DNA of 64,000 bases from Ignavibacteriota bacterium (GTDB lineage Bacteria > Bacteroidota > Ignavibacteria > UBA10030 > UBA6906). Position 1 is the stretch's first letter. The number at the start of each line of letters is the position of its first letter. Positions 1 through 10,624 of the stretch are shown here, one piece after another. The stretch covers positions 1,056,001-1,120,000 of the forward strand of contig CAWDEM010000008.1 of assembly GCA_963801355.1 (NCBI GenBank), written 5' to 3'. Made by a program: the position numbers and the translations under genes. Below the pieces are notes generated by a model. It was not told the DNA's origin, did no database searches, and was given only the letters and a program-made list of their open reading frames with translations.

Positions 1-1964
1 AGAGCCGCCGTGCTCTGCAGCGTGATCGAGTGGGCGGCAGGGTTCTGAATGGTGATCGTGCGCATCGCGGAGTCCCCACGGGCCACCTTACCGAAATCCA
101 ACGCAGATGGAGTGAACACGAGCTTCGCAGGTGCGGAATGCCCGGTCAGGATGACGCTCTGCATAATCCCGATCGTGGTGTCCACGCTCCAGATCTCCAG
201 TGTGTCACTGAACGCGCCGAGGACCTGAGGATGGAATGTCAGCGTAAGTGCGACGCTGTCATACGCCGGCAGCATGACGGGCGTCGCTGTGCCCGCAGAA
301 AAAGAGGCGGACCCGAGCTCGAGCGAGGTAAGAATGATTTCCTGGTCAGTAGGATTCCGCAGGGCAAGGGAAACCGAGCAGGAGTCACCGAGGAAACAGT
401 CCGGAAATGCGAGTGTGTCAAGAGCAGGAACAAATGCCGTCGTCTTCCAGGGAAAACTGTAGATACGGTACGTGTAGACGATTTCGGGGAGGTCCATTTC
501 AAACTGCACATCCCCTTGTGCGGTCACTTCGGTTGCTGTCGGATTGGCCGAGCCCCACCCTATCAGCGTATTCCCGTCCGGAAGCCTTTGTGAATACCCC
601 AGGGCCCACCCCTCGATGTCCGGCGTCGGACGGTACTGCCACACCAGCGTTGCGATCTTGTTCTCCTCGTCGAGCGCGTACTCCACGGCGCGCGAGAACA
701 TCCGGAACGTGCCGTTGTCAAAGAGCAGCACATTCCCGTTTGGAAGCCGGCGGATAGCATGCTGGTACTCGAAACCGATCGGATCGTTGACAATGGTGAA
801 CTGATTGTTCTTTCCGCCCCATCGCCAGATGATATCGCCGGTCTCGCGATTGATTTTCGTGATCTCATTCATATTGCGCGAAGAGATCATGAGGTTTCCG
901 TCGGGATCGATTTCGATGGCATTGCCATGGACGTAGTCGATATCGGCTGCTGTCAGGTCTTCCGTGGTGGCATCGGTGATGAGGAAATGATCCCAGCTGC
1001 GCCATTCAAACACCACATTCTTCTCCCGGTCAAGCTCCTGGACGATCAACCCGGTGACAAACGCCTCGGGGTTCCCTCCCGGGACGATCGTATCCATTCT
1101 GACAAACTGGCGATCATAGCTCATAAGGAATGCGTGGCCGTCCGGCATCACGCGCAGTTCATGCTCATTGGTGTAGTAGCCGTTGCCACACGAGTAATCG
1201 TTCACGCCCTTGTAGCAACTGTCCATCGCCACGAAGTAAGCGAGGTCCTCGTCGTAGTATGTGAGAGTGCCGTTGGGTTGGACCTTGAAATCCCACCCGT
1301 GCACGCGTTTGTAGAACTGCGGTGTCCCGTTCCGGTTCAGGATCACTATGTAGGGCGCGCTGCTGTCGGGGCCCCAGGGGAAGGTTCCCAGAAAAACCGG
1401 GTCGCGTGAGGCACCCAGATCCTTGAGAATGCGGATGGCTGGAAAATCCTGTGGCAGATGGTGGGGACGCGCGGAGAGGAATGGGGAGACCGGGGTTGCC
1501 TTGCGCGGTACAGGTGTTCCGGGAGGCCGCCCATCCGTTGATGCCAGCGGTGAAGCATGTACCGCCGGCGGCGCATGGGATCCCCGTATGGTAAAGCTGA
1601 ACAGCCAGGGGGGCACCGCAGCTCCCGTGATCGCCTGCATCCCGGCTCGGATCTCGACTTCGATCCGCTCCCCCTCCAGAAACTCCACATCCGGTCTGAA
1701 GATCACGGTCCGCTGATCGTCAGAGAGCACAACAGTCCCGCGGTGAACGCCGCTGAGTGAGCCCACAACCCGGAAGCAGTTGCTGGTCAGCGACCGGATA
1801 TCCAACAGTTCTGCGCAGAAGCGGATCGCGATTGTTGTCCGGGGGTTGACCATCGTTGCGTTCGGACGCGGGGACACATACAGATAGGGGGACGAAGCAT
1901 CTGACTGTGCACAAAACACAGCGACGGTACAGAGCAGCGAAGGGAGCGAGCGTCGGAGGTCCAT
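1..1964 (-). CDS. Arylsulfate sulfotransferase (ASST)-family secreted protein with C-terminal Ig-like (ASH/choice-of-anchor D-like) domains; 3' end lies outside the window
   Basis: Missing from the ORF track because it runs off position 1. Manual translation from ATG 1964 gives MDLRRSLPSLLCTVAVFCAQSDASSPYLYVSPRPNATMV...HGNAIEIDPDGNLMISSRNMNEITKINRETGDIIWRWGG...FEYQHAIRRLPNGNVLLFDNG...SRAVEY...GYSQRLPDGNTLIGWG (ASST propeller motifs), then ...ALDFGKV...RTITIQN. Confidence 0.85.
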   Translation of the reverse strand, partial: MDLRRSLPSLLCTVAVFCAQSDASSPYLYVSPRPNATMVNPRTTIAIRFCAELLDIRSLTSNCFRVVGSLSGVHRGTVVLSDDQRTVIFRPDVEFLEGERIEVEIRAGMQAITGAAVPPWLFSFTIRGSHAPPAVHASPLASTDGRPPGTPVPRKATPVSPFLSARPHHLPQDFPAIRILKDLGASRDPVFLGTFPWGPDSSAPYIVILNRNGTPQFYKRVHGWDFKVQPNGTLTYYDEDLAYFVAMDSCYKGVNDYSCGNGYYTNEHELRVMPDGHAFLMSYDRQFVRMDTIVPGGNPEAFVTGLIVQELDREKNVVFEWRSWDHFLITDATTEDLTAADIDYVHGNAIEIDPDGNLMISSRNMNEITKINRETGDIIWRWGGKNNQFTIVNDPIGFEYQHAIRRLPNGNVLLFDNGTFRMFSRAVEYALDEENKIATLVWQYRPTPDIEGWALGYSQRLPDGNTLIGWGSANPTATEVTAQGDVQFEMDLPEIVYTYRIYSFPWKTTAFVPALDTLAFPDCFLGDSCSVSLALRNPTDQEIILTSLELGSASFSAGTATPVMLPAYDSVALTLTFHPQVLGAFSDTLEIWSVDTTIGIMQSVILTGHSAPAKLVFTPSALDFGKVARGDSAMRTITIQNPAAHSITLQSTAA

Positions 1965-2069
1965 TTATGGGGGGCATTCTAAGATAAGGTTCGATCCAAT
2001 ATACGATGCAGTCCAGAGATTTGCCAGGGGGTAGTCTATGCGACAGATCCCTTCAATTACACACATAGG

Positions 2070-2417
2070 TCACACGGGCTTGTGCAATTGCAAAAGCGTC
2101 ACTGCGCTGATCAGTGGAGTCAGCGCCATCAACGCAACGTATGCCACTAATCCCTCTTCTTTGGGATGCGAAGGATATCGTTCAATGATCATCCAACTAG
2201 CGAGTCCCAGCCATATTATATTGCCGACCAATGCAGTAAGTTTCATGCCACGGCTGGGGGAAGACAACACGCTAATCACCACAACGTTGAATATTGGTAT
2301 CAAAAAGGGGATCAACGACAGATAAATATCGGTGCCCTCTGGAGGTCCATCGGTCACCATGACCATGCAAAAGAATCCCCAAAACAGGACGTTGCAGACA
2401 ACTGCCACAATTTTCAT
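2070..2417 (-). CDS. Hypothetical membrane protein (about 4 TM)
   Basis: ATG 2417 (MKIVAVV) preceded by GAGGAGG; four hydrophobic segments. Confidence 0.7.
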   Translation of the reverse strand: MKIVAVVCNVLFWGFFCMVMVTDGPPEGTDIYLSLIPFLIPIFNVVVISVLSSPSRGMKLTALVGNIIWLGLASWMIIERYPSHPKEEGLVAYVALMALTPLISAVTLLQLHKPV

Positions 2418-2494
2418 GAGAGTCCTCCTCGCAGAAATTGTGCGCCAAACGCATGATTGCAGTCGCCACTTACCATCGGTGGTCGCCAGAAATT

Positions 2495-2983
2495 TCAATC
2501 AAACAGTCTCTGAGGAGCCGCCTGATCCGGACCAACGCGTCCAATGCTGATGTTTGCTTTGAAGTAATTCTCACCCCTGATTGGAGATCCAAAGAGATGC
2601 CTGAGCATGGCAAGTTGTCCCACATGCGTCAACGCATCGGCAACAGGGCCTTGCAACAATTTCTCCAGGGAGCATGCGATCGTCAGCGACTCTGCCAGCG
2701 TACTGTCGAATTCTTTAAGGCAACCGTGGAAACGGGAAACCTCAGCGTCCCAGTCCATGGGAGGAGAGTCCCTCCAGACTTCCTTCCCCAGTGCCATCGA
2801 GCACGCCCAATCGAAAAGATCGCCCATGTGAGCCAGGATTTCAACAGGAGTCCTGGAACCCACCTTGATTCGAAACGTCCCAAAACCAACTGGGGCATCT
2901 TGAAGTATCTTGGATCCCCGATAGGCTACGGTCGCCACAGCATGGCGAAGCATTGCTATTTCAGAGTTCACTCCGGATGACAT
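2495..2983 (-). CDS. DinB/YfiT-like four-helix bundle protein
   Basis: RTPVEILAHMGD and DALTHVGQLAMLR motifs; GGAGG upstream. Confidence 0.7.
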   Translation of the reverse strand: MSSGVNSEIAMLRHAVATVAYRGSKILQDAPVGFGTFRIKVGSRTPVEILAHMGDLFDWACSMALGKEVWRDSPPMDWDAEVSRFHGCLKEFDSTLAESLTIACSLEKLLQGPVADALTHVGQLAMLRHLFGSPIRGENYFKANISIGRVGPDQAAPQRLFD

Positions 2984-3010
2984 ATTCCTCCCTGATACGC
3001 GTTCAAATCT

Positions 3011-3445
3011 CTAAATCACTTCCACGAGTGCCCGGACCACGCCATAGATGATCCAGGCAGCTGTACCGCCCCACAGCACACGCCGCCACCAACGCCTTTG
3101 TGCGAGCAATACAATGCGTCTTCCGGTACCTGCCTCCGCCGCTAGTGCAACGCACGACACGATCATTCCGGCAAGAACAAACGGGCCAAGCAGGTGGAAA
3201 TGCACCGATGCCAGAATGTCGCCATGAGCTGCCGCCTCAAGGGAGCGGGTAATCCCGCAGGTCAGACAATCGACGCCTGTGAGCTCCCGAAACAGACAAG
3301 TGGGCAACAGAGCCTCGGCTCGCGGCAACAGGAGAATTGCTCCCACTGCAGCCGCGAGGGCGAGACCTACACCGGCTCTGAACAGACGGGCGTCACGAGG
3401 AAGCACACTCGAAGGCGATGTCATGAATATTTCGTCCTTGATCAC
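3011..3445 (-). CDS. DUF2752-family membrane protein
   Basis: CLFRELTGVDCLTCGITRS signature. Confidence 0.8.
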   Translation of the reverse strand: MIKDEIFMTSPSSVLPRDARLFRAGVGLALAAAVGAILLLPRAEALLPTCLFRELTGVDCLTCGITRSLEAAAHGDILASVHFHLLGPFVLAGMIVSCVALAAEAGTGRRIVLLAQRRWWRRVLWGGTAAWIIYGVVRALVEVI

Positions 3446-4386
3446 GGCAATGGAAGTCCTGTGATGACACCGCCCTGATCAGTCTTTGGAAAGAGCTGGT
3501 ATTCCGCACCGAATTGCTCCAGGAACTCGACGCTCAGAGCACGCAGTGTATACGACACCGGAAGCAAGACGACCGATGATATGTAAGGAATGAGCACGAA
3601 GATGAATCCAATGCAGCACGTAAAGATACCCACGATGATGACTCCCAGCACTATGAGGATTTTCAGCACAAGAATAAACAACCCGTATCCGACGAATGTC
3701 AGAATATGCCTGCCGAAGAGCGGAAGAAACACGCCCCAACCGGCCAGCACTTTGATCCTGGAGCGATACATGATTGGAACGACGAAGTCCAGCAGGAGCA
3801 AATTCAGGTATTTGAACAGAACGAAAATCGCAATCAACCCGAGTACCATGAACACAACGGGGGGAATGAGGGCTGACCAGTCCCACGTCTGCTCATACAC
3901 CGCGACGAGCGCCGAATAGCAGTACATCAGGTATGGAAGAACAGCAACAAGCACGAGGAGACCGAGTACGATTCGCCAGAGAAAGAGCGAGTTCGCTTCC
4001 CTTCTGTATTCATACCATGGTTTTGCGACCTGTGCGCGATCGTGCACAACGTTATCCAGGAACATGAATTTTCCTCTGGAACTCAGCCACGTGAAGATGA
4101 CTGCGAGGACCAAGATCAGGGCACTTCCGACAATGATCAGAGGAATCCATTGCGGGTGATCGAAAAGCCATTGCATGGCGTACCGGGGCAAATAGAGCAA
4201 ATCTTCCCAATCGCCATTCCCCGCGCGTCCTTGTCCACCCCCTCCACCTTTATCGAAATCCATCAGATTGGCGAGAAAGGCGGTGAACCCCACGACGAAC
4301 CATTTTCTTAGGTCGAAGGGATCGAAGAGCGCCTTCTTCATCCGTTTGTACGCACGGGAGAGAGGTTCGAAGAAGCGGATGTCCAT
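3442..4386 (-). CDS. Conserved multi-pass membrane protein of unknown function
   Basis: ATG 4386 (MDIRFFEPL) with AAGGAGG; RGKFMFLDNV and TCCIG motifs; stop overlaps the next start. Confidence 0.7.
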   Translation of the reverse strand: MDIRFFEPLSRAYKRMKKALFDPFDLRKWFVVGFTAFLANLMDFDKGGGGGQGRAGNGDWEDLLYLPRYAMQWLFDHPQWIPLIIVGSALILVLAVIFTWLSSRGKFMFLDNVVHDRAQVAKPWYEYRREANSLFLWRIVLGLLVLVAVLPYLMYCYSALVAVYEQTWDWSALIPPVVFMVLGLIAIFVLFKYLNLLLLDFVVPIMYRSRIKVLAGWGVFLPLFGRHILTFVGYGLFILVLKILIVLGVIIVGIFTCCIGFIFVLIPYISSVVLLPVSYTLRALSVEFLEQFGAEYQLFPKTDQGGVITGLPLP

Positions 4387-4517
4387 TGGATCCTCCTTTT
4401 GACTATCCATGAGCTGAAGAATATTTCCCGCAGATGCCGGCCGATTGTCCTCATTGAAGCTGAATCGAACAACAATGATTGCCTCGAGGATCCGGAGTCT
4501 GGGCGAGCGCCACTCGA

Positions 4518-5465
4518 CTACTGTCCGCCGAATTTGATTGTGGTTCCACTGGCTGGCCATCGGCAGCGACCCGGAAAAACACCAGCCAACTCAGAGTAAG
4601 CTTTCACACCAGTGCAGTGCGACAGCATAATCTTCTGCACATCATACTTTCGCAGGGCCTCCACTGTCTTCTGCATTCGCGCGGGAGATGCACCCAGCAA
4701 ATGCGTGCCACCCATGACCGCATAGATCCGCTGCTCGCCGGTCAGCTCACTAACGTAAGCCATCGTGTTGACCAACCCGGCGTGACCGCACCCGAGCAGT
4801 ATCACTACGCCCTCGGGAACACGGAAGAACAAAGCCTGATCGTCCAATATCGGATCCGGGGTTGTCATTTTCTCGTCCAGGAAGGCATACTCGCGAACGC
4901 CAGTATCTTCAAAGTCGGTCACACGGGGGATCTGTCCGGTGACCATCAGACCCCCGGGAATGCGAGTTGGTGCGATTGTTTCGGTGAGTTTGCGGACTCG
5001 TGGAAGCAGTTGCTCCCGGGAAAACGGCAAGCGATGGGCCAGTGCACCGGTCTGTAGCTTCCAGTACCTCGTCTCGAAGCCGGCTGGATGGACGAACAGA
5101 TCCACAGGGCCGCAGGCATTCAGGGCGTCCCCCAATCCTCCTGTGTGGTCTCCGTGCTCATGGCTGATGACGATGGCATCTGTCTTACCCAGGTTCACAT
5201 CCAGGGCGCGGGCGTTCCCAAGGAAGACTTGTCCTCCCCCGGCGTCAAGGAGGATCTGATGCTGGTCGGTCTCGATCAGGAAGGAGAGACCCCACTCGCC
5301 AAGCACGGAGTCCCCACCAGCCATGTTGTCCACGAGCACGGTGACACTCACACGGGGAAGCACTTCCAGAGCTTCCCTTGCCCCTGAAACCCCATGCAGC
5401 GATTGCGCCTGTGCTGAGCTGGCGAAAATAAGCGCAAACATGCCAAGTTTCCAGTGCCTGTTCAT
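4518..5465 (-). CDS. MBL-fold metallo-hydrolase (DHPS-like/MJ0448-type), with signal peptide
   Basis: GEWGLSFLIE, SHEHGDHTGG, GCGHAG, GGTHL and HCTG motifs. Confidence 0.85.
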   Translation of the reverse strand: MNRHWKLGMFALIFASSAQAQSLHGVSGAREALEVLPRVSVTVLVDNMAGGDSVLGEWGLSFLIETDQHQILLDAGGGQVFLGNARALDVNLGKTDAIVISHEHGDHTGGLGDALNACGPVDLFVHPAGFETRYWKLQTGALAHRLPFSREQLLPRVRKLTETIAPTRIPGGLMVTGQIPRVTDFEDTGVREYAFLDEKMTTPDPILDDQALFFRVPEGVVILLGCGHAGLVNTMAYVSELTGEQRIYAVMGGTHLLGASPARMQKTVEALRKYDVQKIMLSHCTGVKAYSELAGVFPGRCRWPASGTTIKFGGQ

Positions 5466-5687
5466 GATTCTCCTCGCTAGAGCTGCACCTGATATACGGC
5501 GGGGGAAGAAGATTGTTCCCAGGACAATTGGGACCTGCCGGGCTTGACCTGTAGAAGCACACTTGCTCAAACGATTGGCGCCACCCCGACGAATCATCCG
5601 TCGACGAGATCGCATGATTTCCCTTGTGGGAGTGAAGGTGGGAACAAGATAGCGCAGTCATCCAGGATAGTCAAGGTGATCACCCCT

Positions 5688-5818
5688 GGCGATTCCTGTC
5701 TGGCGATTCCTGTCGATTCCTGATTCGCGATTCCAGCCGACATTACGGCCGGTATCGGCCTTTTGGGGGTTATCCCGTGAGCAAGATGCTGTTTGGGGTG
5801 ATCCCGTGATCAAGATGC
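5688..5818. repeat. Intergenic short GATTCC repeats plus a degenerate 2x ~29 bp direct repeat
   Basis: ggcgattcctgtc-tggcgattcctgtc-gattcctgattc...; tttgggggttatcccgtgagcaagatgc versus tttggggtgatcccgtgatcaagatgc. Confidence 0.7.
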
Positions 5819-5846
5819 AGAAAGAGTATGATCCCCACTCGGAACG

Positions 5847-5878
5847 GAGAGGACCCGGCAGCAATCCCGGGCCCTCTG
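5847..5878 (-). terminator. Hairpin downstream of the T9SS gene, probable terminator
   Basis: agaggacccgg-cagcaatc-ccgggccctct inverted repeat about 40 bp after the stop. Confidence 0.5.
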
Positions 5879-5916
5879 GCCACCAGTTCATGTCCTCTTG
5901 AGAAGTGGGTATAGAG

Positions 5917-7218
5917 CTATTTCAACAAAGTCATTTTCTTCGTGAGCACTGTGCTCCCCGCCTGAATCCTGTAGAAGTAGGTACCGGCAGCCACACCATT
6001 CGCATCCCATGTGGCAACATAACGGCCGGCAGTCATGTTGTCGTCCACCAGCGTCGCGATCTCCTGGCCCAGATTGTTGTACACCTTCAGTGTCACCCGG
6101 CTGTCTGCGGGGACTGCATAGGAGATGTTGGTTGTGGGGTTGAAGGGGTTTGGATAGTTCTGGTCGAGAGCGAACTCGGTAGGAGCTCCTGTTAAAGCGT
6201 TGAGTTCGGCGAGCTCGTCATCCGTAGCTCCGTCCTTCCAGAAGGCAAATATCGGACCGGCAGGCGGCGGACCGTTCTTCATGTTCTTCCCGGACGTTAC
6301 ACAGGGTTAGCATGAGCTGTCTGCGGTAGACTGGTTCCACCTGCTTGATCGCAAGCCTGATGAATCCTGCAATCTTCTCGGGATCGAAGTTGGGAGATTT
6401 CTGCGGTATTCCATGCCAAGACATCATGAAGGAACATTTGGGCAAGGCCTATCGTCTGGGTCGAGAGTTGCTCGATAAGCTGCGGCTCTGGCAAGAGGAA
6501 GAGCTGACCGTACTGCATCATCTGCTGTCTGTATGATTTTTCAGCTTTAACAAACTCTCTTGGTTTGGGACAACCCTGGATGGAGCCAAAGACTCCGGCC
6601 AATACCAGAGGCACTTCATCGCTACGATTGTTCGCCGCAAGGTACAGGCGCGCTCCAGCCAACGGGTCCACACATCGTCTAACAAGTATATCTACTGCTG
6701 TCTCTATTAGAGTATGTCCCACGACCGGCAGAAAAGCAGCGCCAGCCTCGGGGCCTAGGAGATCGTAGACGTAGCCTTCAATCATCCGGATTCCCAACCA
6801 ATGTGGCTCCCTGATCAATAACCCAACCTGTAGGATCAGGTTGATCGCCCGGAATCGGATAGATTCCGTGGGCATACGAATCGGCGCCCCTCAGACTTGC
6901 ATCGATGTTGTTGTGCGTGAAGGCCCCGTAGAACGCAGCTTTCGCGTTGCGGGTTGACGCCGATTGCCAGAGCCCCCAGTAGACATCTGCGTTCGTGTGG
7001 AACAAGTAGTCTGCCGTGAATCCGGCCTCAGTGAAATTGTAGCCGAATAGGTCCGGCAGAACTGCACCGTACATCTCGTTCTGGTTCATTGGACCGAGCA
7101 TCACGCCAAGGTTGTTGGCGAAGTACACGTGAGTCAACGACCCCCATCCAAACCCAGCCGACACCCCTACGATAAGGAGGAGACTCACGCAAGCAAGTTT
7201 GAAGACCGAAGTGCGCAT
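5917..7218 (-). CDS. Secreted Zn-dependent phospholipase C/S1-P1-like protein with T9SS type-A CTD, split by three +1 frameshifts
   Basis: Signal peptide then WGSLTH; pieces lie in ORFs 6778-7218, 6297-6875, 6218-6445 and 5917-6282 (QNYPNPFNPTT...KKMTLLK). Shifts near 6786, 6413 and 6290. Confidence 0.65.
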
Positions 7219-7541
7219 GATATACCTCCGCTATTGAATGTGTTATGGATACGGTGCCCCAGCAGGATCTTAATTGCCCCCCGCGGGGCGTCTTGAAATC
7301 AGTTGTGCTCAACGTGACGCTTGAGTGTCGAGCACCTGTGTGTGCATCCAATATCCGAAATGACCCGGTGCTCCGTGTCATCGAAATGTCAAAGTTCGGT
7401 TCAGAATTTGTAACCGATAGATTCTGCCACAGCGATGGTCAGCCAGCGGGTCGTCTTGGTGAGCTCTACGACGAAGAAATCAGAACAGGGTCCCCTGCGG
7501 TGGCCCGATGGCCGATAAAGCCATCGAACTCTCCGGTGTCG

Positions 7542-7573
7542 CAAATATAACGTGCAACCCCGAGAGAGTCAAA
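7542..7573 (-). promoter_or_regulatory. Bacteroidota-type housekeeping sigma promoter (-33 TTTG / -7 TAnnTTTG)
   Basis: Minus strand reads TTTG-actctctcggggttgcacgt (20 nt)-TATATTTG. Confidence 0.65.
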
Positions 7574-7776
7574 TTGCTTTTTCGGAAAATCATCCACCGA
7601 AGGCTTAGGCCCTGGTAGATTCCGAGCTGCATGTTACCTATGTGTCTATCGCGAACAGGAGAAGCCGCAAGCTCGAAGGTATTCGACTGTTTCCCTTTAG
7701 TCTAGTCGGGAAACGCGGAAGGAACCTACAATAAACAATCGCGTGAATCATCTCTTTATAAGATCCGGGAAGCGGG

Positions 7777-8226
7777 CTACCAGATGGGTTTCCGGTACTC
7801 CCAGGGAGGAATGGGGTCATCCATCGACCAGAGGCCCCTTTTTGCTTTCCGGGCGGCTTCTTCGAGGCTCTTGAGTTTCTTGTCCCGCGGGGCGTACTTC
7901 TGAAACCACCAGGCTAGGCCTTCTTCCACGAGCAATTGGTTGAGGTTCCGTCCGTCAGCAAGGAATACTATACCCAGTGTCCGTCCGTACACATCCTTGC
8001 CCTTGGGTTGCACCTTCACATCTGTGCGGTAGCACAGAACTGAAACGCGCTTTCTCGCCGTCCTGTAGTAGTCCTGCCCACGCTCCGGAGAGTCAATGCC
8101 GAAGAATCTCACCCGAACCGGCCGTGAATCGACCAGTATGGTAATCGTGTCTCCATCTTCGATGCTGATGACACGACCGTTGATGTCCCCGGACACGAGG
8201 AAAAGGATCAAGAGTAATGTAGTCAT
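7777..8226 (-). CDS. Thermonuclease (SNase) family protein
   Basis: DGDTI, RFFGIDSPE, DVYGRTLG, LVEEGLAW and AKRGLW motifs. Confidence 0.9.
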   Translation of the reverse strand: MTTLLLILFLVSGDINGRVISIEDGDTITILVDSRPVRVRFFGIDSPERGQDYYRTARKRVSVLCYRTDVKVQPKGKDVYGRTLGIVFLADGRNLNQLLVEEGLAWWFQKYAPRDKKLKSLEEAARKAKRGLWSMDDPIPPWEYRKPIW

Positions 8227-8297
8227 GTCTCTTCAGGATATGGACCGCCAACAGCCCACCGGCCGCCCGGCCGTTCACGAAGGCTTATTCCTGCCGG

Positions 8298-8708
8298 CTA
8301 CAGCCACGTACGGCTTCTGTAGGCCTCATAGTCGGCGCCGAAAGCAGCAGCCAGCACGGCTTCCTCCCGCCGGACTTGCGCCACCTGCACTATGACAAGT
8401 ATCCCCCAGACCACCAGGAGAATGGGCATGCCAAGGAGTACGATTATTGCAGCGAGGAATAGATCAAGGAACAGATACATAGGATGCTGGATCTTTGCAT
8501 ATAAACCGGTCGTGACGAGGGCTTTCGCTTCAGGCGCTACTGAGAACGACTTCCCAAGGTGACTTCGGCTGATGATCATCAGGGCGAATGACGGCAGGCC
8601 AACAAGAATCCCGGCTACAAGTCGTTGATTTTCGCCCATTAAGGTGGCCGCATAGGCGAGAGCGGCAACAACTGCGGCCCCCGCGAGTCGGATTACTGTT
8701 CTGTCCAC
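8298..8708 (-). CDS. Isoprenylcysteine carboxylmethyltransferase/PEMT-family membrane protein
   Basis: LVTTGLYAKIQHPMY and REEAVLAAAFGADYEAY motifs. Confidence 0.85.
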   Translation of the reverse strand: MDRTVIRLAGAAVVAALAYAATLMGENQRLVAGILVGLPSFALMIISRSHLGKSFSVAPEAKALVTTGLYAKIQHPMYLFLDLFLAAIIVLLGMPILLVVWGILVIVQVAQVRREEAVLAAAFGADYEAYRSRTWL

Positions 8709-8885
8709 GGCTCGTTCTTGCCTCCTCTGTCATTCCGCATTGGTGGCGCGTGCTCTCTGTTTATTATCACTTCGCTACTGACTTGGGAACAGAATCAAAG
8801 CGATATTCGTTCTTGTGAAGTATGAGAAGAGACGGAAAAAGGCTCTCCAACTCACCCTTATCCCCACATCTACTGGAGGTACTCC

Positions 8886-9455
8886 ATGAAACACCCGGCG
8901 TTCGTCCTGGGCGCTTCGTTGCTTGTATCCGCGGCGTTGCTGTCGAATTTATCCGGCTGTACAGCGAAGGCTCCTGCGACTTCGCAAGTCGAACGCGGAA
9001 AGTATCTTGTCATGGCCGGGGGCTGCAACGATTGTCACACACCGAAGGTCTTCACTCAGGCAGGTCCCATGTTCGACACGACCCGCCTACTCTCCGGCTA
9101 TCGCTCGGGTACTGAGCTTCCTCCTTTTCCGAAGGGTGTGATCGGGCCTGACAAGTGGGGCGCCGTCACGAATAACGAACTCACCGCATGGTATGGACCC
9201 TGGGGTGTCAGTTTCGCATACAATCTGACCCCGGACATGCAGACCGGAATCGGCGGCTGGACAGAGGATATGTTCATCCGGACCCTCCGGGATGGCAAAT
9301 TCATGGGAATGTCGCGACCCATTCTTCCGCCGATGCCATGGCAGACAATCGGACAGATGACCGACGATGATCTGAAAGCCATGTTCGCGTATTTGAAGTC
9401 TCTGCCGCCCATCACCAACAAGATACCCGATCCTATACCACCGGTGCAGGAGTAG
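8886..9455 (+). CDS. c-type cytochrome, probably a lipoprotein (single CxxCH)
   Basis: ERGKYLVMAGGCNDCHTP, NLTPD...GIGGWT and PPMPW motifs; LSGC lipobox-like. Confidence 0.85.
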   Translation: MKHPAFVLGASLLVSAALLSNLSGCTAKAPATSQVERGKYLVMAGGCNDCHTPKVFTQAGPMFDTTRLLSGYRSGTELPPFPKGVIGPDKWGAVTNNELTAWYGPWGVSFAYNLTPDMQTGIGGWTEDMFIRTLRDGKFMGMSRPILPPMPWQTIGQMTDDDLKAMFAYLKSLPPITNKIPDPIPPVQE

Positions 9456-9541
9456 CGACTCTCCACGAGGTCGTGCAGCTATCAGGGACGCCCGGACGGT
9501 CGGCGAACGTCACATGCCCCCGACCACCCGGGCCCTCTATC

Positions 9542-10408
9542 CTACTTTGGATCTGTACGAATCCTCCTGGAAATATCTCTGATCGAACCAGTGCTTTGCA
9601 GAAGCTCAGGCAGGTACTCCGTGGATGCCACAAAAGTCCAGAGGTACGCAACAATTGAGTAGATATTGCCGGTGGTGAAATCATCGAGGTCGATGGCAAT
9701 ATAAAGAACAACGAGAAAGATAGCCAGCAAACAGACCCGTATGGCGCCGAAATTGAGGGCTCCCCAGTTTGCGATCGCCTGCTCGTTGGCTGCGGCCTTT
9801 GTGTAGTGCTGACGTATCGCATCCACATTCTGCGTGGAAAAGATCTCGTAGGTTTCCTCGCGTCCATCATGCAAATCTTGTTGCCGGACAGAAACCCTCC
9901 GATTGTAGAGGAGTGACATCCCGATGAGGGGCGGGATAACGAGTGCGCATGTAAGTGCAATCCGCCAATCGAAGAAAAAGAGGGCAATGACCGCTCCACC
10001 AATAGCTATGGCCTGTTCGATGATTTCAGGTAGACGGTACTGCAGGAATGTCATATACTCACGGGAGAGTTCTGCACGTGCCGCAGTCCGTGAGACGCTC
10101 AGATTCCGTTCGATGCCGATGCGGGCCACTTCAGTGGCGATGTTGGTGAACATGCGCAGGTAGATTCGCTGATCAAGTGACCGTCGCAGCGCGCCCACGC
10201 CGGAGTTCACCAGAAAGACCCCGATCCAGATGGAAAGCGGAAGAACGAATGCTGCCGCACCTGGCGAAATTGACTTATCTATGAACGCATCGATGACGTT
10301 ACCGAACACTGTCGGCTCGATGATCCAGGCGACATTCTCAATTGCGACGAGGGCAATCGAGAGGAGGATGCCTTTCCGGTGCTTGAGAAACAGTTTTGTA
10401 AGGTCCAT
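9542..10408 (-). CDS. ABC transporter six-transmembrane domain protein with no NBD
   Basis: Six TM segments, GNVIDA and GNIYSIVAYLWTF motifs; no Walker motifs. Confidence 0.75.
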   Translation of the reverse strand: MDLTKLFLKHRKGILLSIALVAIENVAWIIEPTVFGNVIDAFIDKSISPGAAAFVLPLSIWIGVFLVNSGVGALRRSLDQRIYLRMFTNIATEVARIGIERNLSVSRTAARAELSREYMTFLQYRLPEIIEQAIAIGGAVIALFFFDWRIALTCALVIPPLIGMSLLYNRRVSVRQQDLHDGREETYEIFSTQNVDAIRQHYTKAAANEQAIANWGALNFGAIRVCLLAIFLVVLYIAIDLDDFTTGNIYSIVAYLWTFVASTEYLPELLQSTGSIRDISRRIRTDPK

Positions 10409-10424
10409 AGTTTGCTTCCCCTAC

Positions 10425-10624
10425 GTGCCGGGGGAACCGCCCGCCGTCAGATCATCTCACTTGAGTGCCGGGGGAACCACCCGCCGTCAGATCATCTCAC
10501 TTGGGTGCCAAGGGAACCGCCCGCCGTCAGACCATCTCAATTGAGCGCCGTGGGAACCGCCCGCGGTCAGATCATCTCACTTGGGTGCCAAGGGAACCGC
10601 CCGCCGTCAGATCATCTCACTGGT
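10425..10624. repeat. Intergenic tandem repeat, 5 x 40 bp
   Basis: Unit gtgccRRgggaaccgcccgccgtcagatcatctcacttgR at 10425, 10465, 10505, 10545 and 10585. Confidence 0.95.

Noticed and set aside
30-1977. Short ORFs listed in the track in this interval
   Set aside because: They are shadows of the minus-strand sulfotransferase frame.
10425-10624. CRISPR array
   Set aside because: Units are contiguous with no unique spacers, and no cas genes are present in the window.
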